Source of the DNA: a virus
Taxonomy: Duplodnaviria; Caudoviricetes
Virus record (IMG/VR): IMGVR_UViG_3300037478_000378
Coordinates: 1-49,902 of that record
Length of the DNA stretch: 49,902 bases
Direction: 5' to 3' (one strand)
Shown: one piece after another, positions 1 through 8,379 of the stretch
Numbering within the stretch: position 1 is the stretch's first letter
Layout of the letters: every line of letters begins with the position of its first letter
Made by a program: the position numbers and the translations under genes
Notes under the pieces: generated by a model
What the model was told of the DNA's origin: nothing
Seen by the model: only the letters and a program-made list of their open reading frames with translations
The model's database searches: none

Positions 1-127
1 GCAGACGGAGACGCGGCAGGTGCTGGCGATGGCGCTGGGGTGGGCGCCGGGGTACCCCCCGATGGAGACGGAGCAGACGGGGCCGCGCCGGGCGCGGGCT
101 CGCCGTCGAAGAAGCGGGTGAACGTCG
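1..127. repeat. Terminal overlap copy 1 (identical to 49776-49902); circular-assembly overlap
   Basis: First 127 nt are identical to the last 127 nt, and the scaffold ORF reads in frame across the junction. Confidence 0.97.
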
Positions 128-143
128 GAACTCGGACACGCAT
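1..143 (-). CDS. Putative capsid scaffolding protein, 5' part (continues at 49775 down to 49013; 301 aa total)
   Basis: ATG at 143 after GGGAGG SD; MRVRVPTFTRFFDGEPAPG...; in frame with ORF 49013..49612 across the overlap. Confidence 0.75.
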   Translation of the reverse strand, partial: MRVRVPTFTRFFDGEPAPGAAPSAPSPSGGTPAPTPAPSPAPAASPS

Positions 144-177
144 TGGGCTACCTCCCGATCACAGTTTCGTGATCAGG

Positions 178-207
178 ACTGTAGTGTCAATGCGGTGACG
201 GTGTCAA
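178..207 (-). promoter_or_regulatory. Sigma70-type promoter for scaffold/capsid operon
   Basis: TTGACA(207-202)-18 nt-TACAGT(183-178), 35 nt above the ATG at 143. Confidence 0.7.
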
Positions 208-217
208 GTCTTTGACA
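202..217. promoter_or_regulatory. Palindromic operator-like site TGTCAA-N4-TTGACA
   Basis: TGTCAAgtctTTGACA; recurs at 36138 and 46444. Confidence 0.55.
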
Positions 218-237
218 TTGCGGGGGTCAGGCCGGGT

Positions 238-326
238 TGCTAGGATCAGTGGCGACGGGCAGGCTGCAAAGGGTCCTTGGCCCCCGCCGACAGGCGCGCA
301 GTCGGCCAGCCGCCCGTATTACCCCT
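238..326 (+). promoter_or_regulatory. Extended -10 promoter plus structured 5' leader
   Basis: TGcTAGGAT 238-246; stems 255-266/307-317, 271-275/279-283, 286-291/301-306. Confidence 0.45.
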
Positions 327-557
327 ATGGCGACCAGACGTACTCTGAAACGGCGACGGCAGCGACAGGCGCGACGGGCGGCCGTCCTCGCGAAGATCGA
401 AGCGGAGCGGCGTGCCTTCCACGAGAAGTACGCGCCCCGATTCGCCGCAGCACACACCCTCGATCAGCAATTGAAGGTCTACGCGGAGGCCATGCTGGGC
501 GAAATGATCGAGCACGAAACGCGGTCGGTGCTGTGGGAGATACTCGAGCGCCGCTAG
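327..557 (+). CDS. Small protein with Arg-rich N-terminus, antisense to the head operon
   Basis: MATRRTLKRRRQRQARRAAVLAKIEAERR...; fills the portal-scaffold gap; start choice uncertain. Confidence 0.6.
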   Translation: MATRRTLKRRRQRQARRAAVLAKIEAERRAFHEKYAPRFAAAHTLDQQLKVYAEAMLGEMIEHETRSVLWEILERR

Positions 558-2920
558 GCCGCCTGCCCCGACTCCCGATTGCTCGATCGCATCCCGTTCC
601 CGGCGCCACCGCGATCTGGCGCTTCCGGCTGCGGCCGGCCGGCTGCCTGCACCTGCTGTTGCTGCATCTGCTGCTGCAGGAGGGCATCGGCGTGGCTCGC
701 GAGATGAGCCGCCAGCAGTTGCTCGAGAATCTGGCCGCCGCCGGGCCGAATCGAATCAGCCTGTGTGATCAGCTCCAGCACTTCATCGCTGTTCATCCAC
801 TTCTGGTTCTCCTGCAGGTGGACCTGGTCGTTGTGCCAGGGCTTGCGCTGCAAGGGGGACACTTCGGGCGGCGGCGGTGGCGGCAGCGCCTGCCCGGTGG
901 CCGGATCGACCTGCGGCTGGAACGTCTGCATCTGCTGCTGGTACATCACGAACTGCTCGACGCCTTCCATGCCGCCCTTGACCCACTCGCCGAACTCGTC
1001 CTGCTCGCGCAGGGCAGACTTGATGGCCGAATCCAGGGCTGGAATGAGCCAGTTGGCCCCGAACTTCTGCATGACCGCATAGACCTGATCGCTGTCCTGC
1101 GGATTGACCATGCCGAGCTGGTTCAGGTGCTCGATGGCGGCGCGCATGCCGAGGGCGGTCTTCGGCGCGGTGCTGCCGTCCTCGACACGGACGGTGATCG
1201 ACCCTTCCAGGTCGGCTTTGCGGAAAATCTGGTACGACCACGTGCCGTACGGCGACTGGACATTGCGGACGCGCTGGGTCGGGCCATGCCGGCGCTCCAG
1301 TTCGATGGCGATGTCGGCCCAATGCGCAAATGCCCGACCGCGCGACTTGAACAGCGGCGAGAAGCGCCCACGGGACTGCTCGACCAGGAGTTGCAGGGCT
1401 GAGAAGGCTTCGACGCCGCTGGGCTTGCTGCCCTTGATGACATCGTAGGTGCCGGCCAGTTCTTCGATGTCCCCCAGGTGCTGCTGCCGCAACTGGAAGG
1501 CACTGCTGGGCGGGTTCTCGCCCCCCATGCGCTCCGGTTTCGCATTCGAGGCCCCGACCGTCTGGTACTTCACGATCAGGCCGGGTTCGCCGGTGAACCG
1601 CTCCACTTCGGCGCCCTTCGGCTCCAGCCACACCGGATTGCCCATGCGGTTCAGCGTCAACTGGGTCATCGAATCGACCTGGTTGAGCTGATCCTGCTTC
1701 TTCAGGATGTTGTCGACGGCCGAAATGCTGTACAGCCGGCCTCCGGTGCGGCGGTAGGGGTAGTGAATCCACGGCCAGAGCGGCGAGCCATCGAGTCGCA
1801 TCGTGGGGATCGGGCCGGTACCCTCGGTGCGCGCCACGATGGGCTGCTTGTCGCCGTAGAACTTCATGTACAGCCCGCGCGGAAACTGCTTCGAGGGCTT
1901 CATCCAGAGATGCAGTTCTGTGGTGCCTTGCGAATCACCCTCGAGCCCCGAGCCGCCGAAGCTGTTGGGGGTGAACGGGGCACCGGGGAACGTCTGGAGG
2001 CTGCGGTAGAGCTGGAGGCTGCGATACTCCGGAGACGTGGTCCACTGGATCTTGCTGGAGATGTCCGACCCGACTTCGTCCTCCACCTGGTGCTTCGGCC
2101 GCCACGTCGCGTAGATCAGCCGATCCACCTTGTCGAAGCTCGGCGCGTAGAGGGGCAGGAACAGCTCGAGGGGCGAGGCCACAATCGTGCGGCCCTTGCC
2201 CACAATGGCCTGCTGCGTAATCTGATTGCCGTCCGGGCCGATCGCCGGCGCCAGGTTGGGGCTTTTGCAGCTCGGACAGACCTGGCCGGCGGCGACGATC
2301 TCTTCTGGGCCGCTGACCCGATTGCAGTCCTGGCAGCGATCCATCTGAATGTCGACCTTGTGCTGGTCGGCGGTCTTGTCCCAGTGCGGATGGAAGAAGG
2401 AATCACCGAGCAGGTCGGTCCAGTAGTCGGCCTCCTCAAACTGCTGCGGGATGTCGTGCTCGTCCTTCAGCAACGGCAGGATGTCGTCGGCGGTCTGGGC
2501 CGCCATCATCGCCTTGGCGGAATGCCCGACCGGGCGAATGCTCGCCTCGTTCTCGATTTCGGACTGAATCGCCATGATCGCCGAGATGGTCTGATCGATG
2601 ACGTTGGTGACGGGCTTCGGAATCCAGCGGGCGAGCCGCTTGTCCCGAAATTGCCGGCTGTTGGGCGACCACGAGATCCACTGGTTGCCGAGGAAGTAGT
2701 GGAGCTTCTGCCACCAGCGCCATTCCAGCCGCTCGCGGCCGGGCTCACAGAACCGCATGGTCGTCTGGAACAGCTCGACGTACTGCTCGTCGGTCAGGCT
2801 GTACGGGTCAGGAGGGCCAGCAGGGGCCGCACTGCCGAATAGCTGACTGACGGCGTCGGCGAATCCCGGCGGTTCCGGGCCGACGTTGGGCGGCGCGACA
2901 GGAATATCCCCGAGTGGCAC
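554..2920 (-). CDS. Portal protein (P22-like, long Q/P-rich C-terminus)
   Basis: 788 aa downstream of TerL; YFLGNQW, Q-DQLN, GNPVWL, PGLIVKY and SGV-A motifs typical of podoviral portals; CxxC-CxxC insert. Confidence 0.85.
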   Translation of the reverse strand: MPLGDIPVAPPNVGPEPPGFADAVSQLFGSAAPAGPPDPYSLTDEQYVELFQTTMRFCEPGRERLEWRWWQKLHYFLGNQWISWSPNSRQFRDKRLARWIPKPVTNVIDQTISAIMAIQSEIENEASIRPVGHSAKAMMAAQTADDILPLLKDEHDIPQQFEEADYWTDLLGDSFFHPHWDKTADQHKVDIQMDRCQDCNRVSGPEEIVAAGQVCPSCKSPNLAPAIGPDGNQITQQAIVGKGRTIVASPLELFLPLYAPSFDKVDRLIYATWRPKHQVEDEVGSDISSKIQWTTSPEYRSLQLYRSLQTFPGAPFTPNSFGGSGLEGDSQGTTELHLWMKPSKQFPRGLYMKFYGDKQPIVARTEGTGPIPTMRLDGSPLWPWIHYPYRRTGGRLYSISAVDNILKKQDQLNQVDSMTQLTLNRMGNPVWLEPKGAEVERFTGEPGLIVKYQTVGASNAKPERMGGENPPSSAFQLRQQHLGDIEELAGTYDVIKGSKPSGVEAFSALQLLVEQSRGRFSPLFKSRGRAFAHWADIAIELERRHGPTQRVRNVQSPYGTWSYQIFRKADLEGSITVRVEDGSTAPKTALGMRAAIEHLNQLGMVNPQDSDQVYAVMQKFGANWLIPALDSAIKSALREQDEFGEWVKGGMEGVEQFVMYQQQMQTFQPQVDPATGQALPPPPPPEVSPLQRKPWHNDQVHLQENQKWMNSDEVLELITQADSIRPGGGQILEQLLAAHLASHADALLQQQMQQQQVQAAGRPQPEAPDRGGAGNGMRSSNRESGQAA

Positions 2921-2927
2921 GTCTCAC

Positions 2928-3467
2928 CTACGCATCGGTCGGCGGTCGTCGGCCGCCCACCACAGTGCCGGGGGACAGCCCCGGCTCGTCATCGCTCATC
3001 CCGATCACCGACGCTATTGTGGCTGGATCGTCGGGATCAATCAAGGCGAGACCGTCCAGTTGGTCTGATGGGTCGGCGGCGTACGGGTCGTCGGGGTCCG
3101 GTCCCTCGAAGTCAATGGCGGGATCGACGGTGCGGCGCGGGCCGCCAATCTGGGGGACCTGGAGCGAGAGCCCGTCGACCAGTTTGGCGAGGAGAGCCGC
3201 ACGTTCAACCCTCAGCTCGTTGATCTGGGCACGCAGCAGGACCGATTCGCGCGTGCAGGCGCGGGCGGTGGCAACGGCGTCGATGAACGTCTTGGTGGTC
3301 TGGGCGCGTGTGTCTTCCAGTTCGACGGTGCGCTGATGGAACCGAGTCGCTTCTTCCTGCAAGGCCGCTACCCGCGATCCCCAGTTGCGCATCATGTGGT
3401 CGTACATCAGATCGCGCTTTTCCAATTCGCCCTTCAGCCATTCCCACTTCGCTTTGCTGACCCACAT
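2928..3467 (-). CDS. Hypothetical coiled-coil protein between TerL and portal
   Basis: AGGAGG SD before ATG 3467; MWVSKAKWEW... Confidence 0.7.
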   Translation of the reverse strand: MWVSKAKWEWLKGELEKRDLMYDHMMRNWGSRVAALQEEATRFHQRTVELEDTRAQTTKTFIDAVATARACTRESVLLRAQINELRVERAALLAKLVDGLSLQVPQIGGPRRTVDPAIDFEGPDPDDPYAADPSDQLDGLALIDPDDPATIASVIGMSDDEPGLSPGTVVGGRRPPTDA

Positions 3468-3477
3468 CCCGATCCTC

Positions 3478-5061
3478 CTAGTCCAAGAACATCCCCATCG
3501 CGGCTTCATCCCCACCCAGCTCGTTCACCACTTCGGCCCCGTCGTCCGGGTGCCGATTCTTCTGCTCCTCGGTCGACACCGATCGCCGCTCGCGCTCGAT
3601 CTGCAACCTGACATCGTCGGGCAGCGCGCTCAGATCTCGCTTCGATTCTTCGCCAGCTTGCGGGTGGCCCTTCGGCAGCCGCGGATACAACATTAGCGCA
3701 TATCGCAGCGCGTCCGCCAGGTCGTCGTTCTTCTTGTAGACCTGCTCGCGGCTCAGCCCGGCCGTGCCCTCTTTGGATTCAGCCCAGCGGTACGCCCGCA
3801 ACTGACGGATGAGCCGCGGCACCAGGGCTTTCGGCAGAATGAGCCCGCCAACCGGCAGCGCGCCCGTGCCTTCTTCGGTGCGGTTCGCCAGGAGCCACGA
3901 ACTCACCCGGTTGATGCCCGCCATGACGTCGTTGTCGGCGGGGACGGTGAACAGGCCGTACTGCGCGAGTTCGATCTGGGCCTGGGCCTGGCTGCGGTCA
4001 ATGCCGATCCGGCTCGTGCTGTCGCGCCGCATCGCCTGAATCCCGTTCGCGTGAATCACGTACGGCTTGTTGCGCTCGAGGTACTCGCCGACAGCCACCA
4101 GCCCCTTCGGTGTTTGCACGAGATGGATGCCGGCAAAGGGGTGATCGGTGCCAGGGTCCAGCGCGCTCACCGATGGACGATCCTGATTCACCTTCGGCCA
4201 CTCAGGGATGTAGACCTGCATCTGTTCGTCGCTGCCGTCGATGACCGCGAAGTCGATCTGGTTGCCGTACACCGCGCCGGTGAACGTGACGATGTCCGCT
4301 TCGTACTCCTGCCGGAACATCTCCGGCGTCATCGATGCCTGCGCTTCGGCGATCTCCTCGCGGCCATCGTCGGTCTGGAAAATGGGGTTGTCGAGCGTGC
4401 GGTAGACGCAGGCCCACATGCCCTTCTTGCCGGCCTCGGCCGGCTCGTAGAACGTCTCATGCACCCAGTCTTCGCCCTTCGGCGTCGTCGTGCCGATGAA
4501 GGCGCCGCGGTGCTCGGACAGCGACGGCCGGATGGTCTCCCAGTGCTTCAGGGTGAGCTTGCAAATCTCGTCGATCCAGAGCCAGTGGAGCCCCTGGCCG
4601 CGCCCGCGTTCCGGGTCATCGAGGCTGCGGAACTGTACGATGGAGCGGTTGGGCAGGAACAGCGTGCGCTCCGACTCGCTCCAGTCCGTTTGTGGGTGGT
4701 CCAGCCACGCCTGCGGGATCTGCTTGAAGAACGCCGGCATGACGTAGTCTTCGAGTTCGGGGAAGGACGGCGCGCAGCACCAGCCGACCGTGTTGGGGAG
4801 CGCGGCTTCTTCGATCGCAGCCAAGGCACCGATTCGGGTTTTCCCGCCGCGGCGCCCGGCGCGCAGGAGGAAGCGGCGATAGGTGCGACTGCCCGGCTGC
4901 CTGCAGTCCGGACACACCAACCGTTCGGCGTTGATGTGCCACTCGTGCCCGTTGGCGCACAGGCGCAAGCGCCGCGCGTGCTGAAAGGCCTCCTGGTAGA
5001 CGTGATGCTGAAGCGTGACGAGCGGCTGGGTGTTGGCGAGCTTGAGGCGGGAGACGGCCAC
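3478..5061 (-). CDS. terL: Terminase large subunit
   Basis: Walker A AGRRGGKT, Walker B LWIDE, coupling motif TTTPKG, nuclease ALDPG and DDLADALRY. Confidence 0.95.
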   Translation of the reverse strand: MAVSRLKLANTQPLVTLQHHVYQEAFQHARRLRLCANGHEWHINAERLVCPDCRQPGSRTYRRFLLRAGRRGGKTRIGALAAIEEAALPNTVGWCCAPSFPELEDYVMPAFFKQIPQAWLDHPQTDWSESERTLFLPNRSIVQFRSLDDPERGRGQGLHWLWIDEICKLTLKHWETIRPSLSEHRGAFIGTTTPKGEDWVHETFYEPAEAGKKGMWACVYRTLDNPIFQTDDGREEIAEAQASMTPEMFRQEYEADIVTFTGAVYGNQIDFAVIDGSDEQMQVYIPEWPKVNQDRPSVSALDPGTDHPFAGIHLVQTPKGLVAVGEYLERNKPYVIHANGIQAMRRDSTSRIGIDRSQAQAQIELAQYGLFTVPADNDVMAGINRVSSWLLANRTEEGTGALPVGGLILPKALVPRLIRQLRAYRWAESKEGTAGLSREQVYKKNDDLADALRYALMLYPRLPKGHPQAGEESKRDLSALPDDVRLQIERERRSVSTEEQKNRHPDDGAEVVNELGGDEAAMGMFLD

Positions 5062-5067
5062 GAGGGG

Positions 5068-5097
5068 ATCGTAGCCGACTTCCGAGGGGGATTACAA
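5068..5097 (-). promoter_or_regulatory. Promoter directly above terL (probable leaderless mRNA)
   Basis: TTGTAA(5097-5092)-18 nt-TACGAT(5073-5068); GTG start 6 nt later; no SD. Confidence 0.5.
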
Positions 5098-5481
5098 ATC
5101 TGTCACGGGTGGGTCGTACTGCTGAGTGCCGTTCTCGTAGCGCAGGATGAAGCCGCCCGGCTGGGGGCGGTACTTCGCGACGAACTCGCGCGTCAGCGTG
5201 AACGGGCTGATCGCGTCGTCGTCGATGACGCACGTGGGGAGCGCGCCGGACTGATCGATGCGGATCTGCCGGATGCGCCCACCGAAGACGAGGGGGGAGC
5301 GCGGCCGATCTGGCAGCGCGAGGTTGGCCGACGGCGTGTCACTCGGCGGCGGCAGACTCTCAGTGCCGGGGCTCGGCGGGTCGGCCGGGTCCGGTGAGGC
5401 CACGGGCGGCGCCGCCTGTTCGGACGACTGTCGGGCTGCGGATCGCTTTGCAGCGGAACGGGACTTCGCTGTGTCTGTCAT
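5092..5481 (-). CDS. Hypothetical protein
   Basis: GAGGAGG SD; disordered N-terminus; C-terminal FVAKYRPQPGGFILRYENG. Confidence 0.65.
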   Translation of the reverse strand: MTDTAKSRSAAKRSAARQSSEQAAPPVASPDPADPPSPGTESLPPPSDTPSANLALPDRPRSPLVFGGRIRQIRIDQSGALPTCVIDDDAISPFTLTREFVAKYRPQPGGFILRYENGTQQYDPPVTDL

Positions 5482-5500
5482 TCGGTCCTCCTCTGGGGTG

Positions 5501-5680
5501 TCAGTATTTTCGACCACCGGTCAGCGCATTGCGCAATCCGCGCATCGCCGGATGATCTTTCGACCGCTCGCCGCGCCGATCGCGACCGGGCATCCGCTGC
5601 TGGCGGTCCTGGTGCGCGGTCGTGGGTTTCGGCTTGCGGTCGCGGCCGGGCCGGCGCAGGTGCGAGAAGTCATGGGGCAT
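5501..5680 (-). CDS. Small basic peptide (59 aa)
   Basis: MPHDFSHLRRPGRDRKPKP...MRGLRNALTGGRKY; fills the gap between neighbours; not in the ORF track. Confidence 0.5.
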   Translation of the reverse strand: MPHDFSHLRRPGRDRKPKPTTAHQDRQQRMPGRDRRGERSKDHPAMRGLRNALTGGRKY

Positions 5681-5689
5681 AGGTGATGG

Positions 5690-6034
5690 CTACCAGCCGC
5701 GATTGTAGCGCCGCGAGCCACCCTTCGACAAGGGGCGACTGCCCTTCGGCGGTTTCGGCGCGTCGGGGCGCCCGCAGTGCGCGCTGATCAGGCGCTTCAT
5801 AGCGATGGCCCCCTCCACATTCCCCGAATGCACCTTCGGCTTGAAGCGCGGCCAGTGCCCGGTGTCCTTCATCCACTCGACGAGTTGCAGGCCGGTCTCG
5901 TCGTTGTCGAGATCGTGGTCCAGGCTGATGCGCTCGACGGATTGCGATTCGAGGTGGCGCTTGGCGTCGGCCAGGGTCTTGGCCGCCGTCCAGCCGGCGG
6001 GAGCAGGGCGTTGATTGTCGAGCCAGAGGCGCAT
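5690..6034 (-). CDS. Cyclic-phosphate-processing receiver-domain protein
   Basis: MRLWLDNQRP...ISLDHDL...TG...VHSGNVEG pattern characteristic of this family. Confidence 0.75.
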   Translation of the reverse strand: MRLWLDNQRPAPAGWTAAKTLADAKRHLESQSVERISLDHDLDNDETGLQLVEWMKDTGHWPRFKPKVHSGNVEGAIAMKRLISAHCGRPDAPKPPKGSRPLSKGGSRRYNRGW

Positions 6035-6035
6035 G

Positions 6036-6278
6036 TCAGCGACCCCAGAAGCGCGAGGCGGCATCCACACGCACGTGCGTCGATGGCCGAATTATTCGAC
6101 GCGCGACTGCTAGCGACATCCCCCAGACGCTCGGGCAGCCCTCGTAGATGTCCAGCACGTACGGGTCGAACACGACGATGCGGCGCGCGGCCTCGGCCTC
6201 ATCGGGGAAGGCGGCGCACAGCAGTGCGAACTCGCGATAGATCGGATCAGGATTCGGCGTCTTCCACAGACTCGGCAT
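6036..6278 (-). CDS. Hypothetical protein
   Basis: AGGAG SD, ATG 6278, tightly packed with neighbours. Confidence 0.55.
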   Translation of the reverse strand: MPSLWKTPNPDPIYREFALLCAAFPDEAEAARRIVVFDPYVLDIYEGCPSVWGMSLAVARRIIRPSTHVRVDAASRFWGR

Positions 6279-7035
6279 CGACAATCTCCTGCTCGGCGCG
6301 TTCGGCAATCCGCCGATCCGCGGTCCCCACGATGTGCCCCTTGACGTCGGGCATCGCCGCCCCGACCTGCGGCTGCTGATTCGCCGGCACCCGCCCCACG
6401 CCGACCGTCGTTGCTTGTCCCCCGTGCTCCACGCGCACCACCAGCGCCGGGATGTTGTTCGGATCAGCGACCGGCCCTTGGTCGGTGTGCCGCTTGAAAT
6501 ACCCCCGCCCTTCCAAGGTCTTCAGCGTGTAATCCTTGTCACCGGCGGCGAGCCCATGCACCAGATTCTCGGCCGCCAAGGGCACAGCGGTTTCCTCGAG
6601 CAGCCGATCGATCTCGCCCTCGTCCACCTGGCGCCGGTGCTTGGTGAACCAGCCCATCACCGTGGATGGCGCGGCGCCCAGCGACTCGGCAATTTCCCCG
6701 ATGCTGTAGCCTTGCGCGCGGAGACTGAGCGCCTGCTGCGTGAGGCGAATGGCGCGCTTCTGAGCGGCGGTCAGTTTGCGCGGCGGGGCGTCCGGTGCTG
6801 CGTGTTGCGCGGCGATGTCCGGCGGCAGAATCCCCACGTCGGCCGCCTGCAGCAAGGTCTTGTCGTCGAGCGGTTTGGCGACGGTGGTCTGCATGCGCTC
6901 GACGGGGGTGCGCGGATCTCGTGCCACGACTTCACCGTCGTCACCGGCGACATCTTCGCGCGGCGGAACAGCGACGGACGCGGCGACGTGCCGCTCCTGC
7001 CATTTGTGGGTGTCGGGATCAACGGGTGGGCGCAT
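6247..7035 (-). CDS. HTH protein, candidate terminase small subunit
   Basis: ALSLRAQGYSIGEIAESLGAAPSTVMGW HTH; upstream of terL; start could be 7035 or 7098. Confidence 0.55.
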   Translation of the reverse strand: MRPPVDPDTHKWQERHVAASVAVPPREDVAGDDGEVVARDPRTPVERMQTTVAKPLDDKTLLQAADVGILPPDIAAQHAAPDAPPRKLTAAQKRAIRLTQQALSLRAQGYSIGEIAESLGAAPSTVMGWFTKHRRQVDEGEIDRLLEETAVPLAAENLVHGLAAGDKDYTLKTLEGRGYFKRHTDQGPVADPNNIPALVVRVEHGGQATTVGVGRVPANQQPQVGAAMPDVKGHIVGTADRRIAERAEQEIVDAESVEDAES

Positions 7036-7152
7036 GGGCGTAATGCTCAAGTGAGACCCGGCCGCGGGGCGACTGGAAAGGCTGACAGTCGCCTGCACGA
7101 CAGGAGGACATGCGATGGGCCAGCGGCGCGGGTCTCATGGGGGAGTGTAGCA
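7036..7152 (-). promoter_or_regulatory. Extended -10 promoter plus three-way-junction 5' leader
   Basis: TGcTACACT 7152-7144; 14-bp closing stem TGAGACCCG-c-GCCGC/GCGGC-CGGGTCTCA enclosing two hairpins. Confidence 0.5.
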
Positions 7153-7156
7153 CGGG

Positions 7157-7573
7157 TCACAGCGACTCGGTACGCTTGCGAGGCTCGATCACATGCCGCT
7201 CGCACGCTTCAGCCGTCGCCAAAAGGGACCGCGCTAGGTCGGCCACGGTGGTCTCAGGCTTCACCACGCCGAGCGGATCGAGGACGCGCCGCGCCTCGGA
7301 GAGCTCGGCCCGCAGCCGCTGCAACTCCCGATAGCAATCGCCGCAGATGTCCGCGAGGCTTGGCCCCTCCCATCGCAGTCCGCAGCCGACACAGCGATGC
7401 CGTTCAGGGGGCGGCTCGGCCCGCAGCAGGGCCTCAGTGACAATTGTTCGGAGTTCGTCAGACGTGACCAGCATCGCCTCCGGCCAATCGTCAGGCGACG
7501 TGCGGTCAGGCAACTCGGCCACGCGCTGAACGATCTCAATCGCCAGCGCCTCGCGCGTCTCATCGCTCGCCAT
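7157..7573 (-). CDS. Hypothetical protein with CxxC-CxxC
   Basis: GGAGGAG SD, TGATG overlap; MASDETRE...; CVGC...CGDC. Confidence 0.7.
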   Translation of the reverse strand: MASDETREALAIEIVQRVAELPDRTSPDDWPEAMLVTSDELRTIVTEALLRAEPPPERHRCVGCGLRWEGPSLADICGDCYRELQRLRAELSEARRVLDPLGVVKPETTVADLARSLLATAEACERHVIEPRKRTESL

Positions 7574-7863
7574 CAGGCTCCTCCCTCCTGCCGGCCGGCC
7601 TTTGGCAACGTCCAGCGGACGCAAAGCATTGATCCGCCGCGCCACCGCGCGATGATCCAGCGCCACGCATTTGGCGCTTTGCACTCAGGCAGGCGTAGCC
7701 AGATTCCTGTGCGCCCGACGCGAAATTGTTCACTGAATCGACTGACCGGCGGCCGGTCCCATTGGCGCTCGACCGTGAGCACCGCTCCGCGCCACTTGCG
7801 GAACAGGAGTGTCCGCGACACCGGCTGCCCAAAGTAACTGCTCTCGTCCATCGCACTATTCAC
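7573..7863 (-). CDS. Hypothetical protein
   Basis: GTG after CAGGAGGG; ends AGRQEGGA. Confidence 0.55.
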   Translation of the reverse strand: MNSAMDESSYFGQPVSRTLLFRKWRGAVLTVERQWDRPPVSRFSEQFRVGRTGIWLRLPECKAPNAWRWIIARWRGGSMLCVRWTLPKAGRQEGGA

Positions 7864-8014
7864 GCGCCCTCCTGCCGGACCCCTGAGTCTCTTTGCGGCA
7901 ATCGCGGCATGACCGCGACGGCAGACAACGACGCCCGTGCGGGCATAGGTGCGTCTCGTTCGCGACGATCAACACCTTACGGCAACGGGAGCACGTGATG
8001 ATCCAGCGTGGCAT
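7856..8014 (-). CDS. Small Cys-rich protein (52 aa)
   Basis: AAGGAG SD; MPRWIITCSRCRK...CPHGRRC...CRDC; not in the ORF track. Confidence 0.55.
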   Translation of the reverse strand: MPRWIITCSRCRKVLIVANETHLCPHGRRCLPSRSCRDCRKETQGSGRRARE

Positions 8015-8016
8015 CT

Positions 8017-8379
8017 CTACTCCTTGTCAGGCCGGCCGGGGGACGACGGGGGCAGGGGCCACACGCGGTTCGCATTCCCGCCTTTCTGCTTATCCGCCAA
8101 CACGTTGCAGACGGTGTCCATGCCGTGATGAAACGCCTGCATACCATCGTCGCTGTGGTGCCAGCCGCCGTTAAATGTCGCGTGCAGGTTCGCGCGCAAC
8201 GCTTCAACATCCAGCGTCGGCCGCGCCTCGTCCAGCAGGGCGAGGACCGCAGGGACCAGCGCGTCAAGGCCAGAATCAGACAGGCCGACCGTGAAGCCGG
8301 TTTCGTCCTCAACTGGAATCGCGACAGTCGCCAGTCGCGCCCGCACCTGCTCGTCCCGCGCGTCCTGGTTCGTCGCCAT
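8017..8379 (-). CDS. Hypothetical protein
   Basis: TAATG overlap; MATNQDARDE... Confidence 0.7.
   Translation of the reverse strand: MATNQDARDEQVRARLATVAIPVEDETGFTVGLSDSGLDALVPAVLALLDEARPTLDVEALRANLHATFNGGWHHSDDGMQAFHHGMDTVCNVLADKQKGGNANRVWPLPPSSPGRPDKE

Noticed and set aside
1-127. 127-bp repeat as a biological terminal repeat
   Set aside because: It falls mid-gene and equals a common assembler k-mer length, so it is best explained as circular overlap
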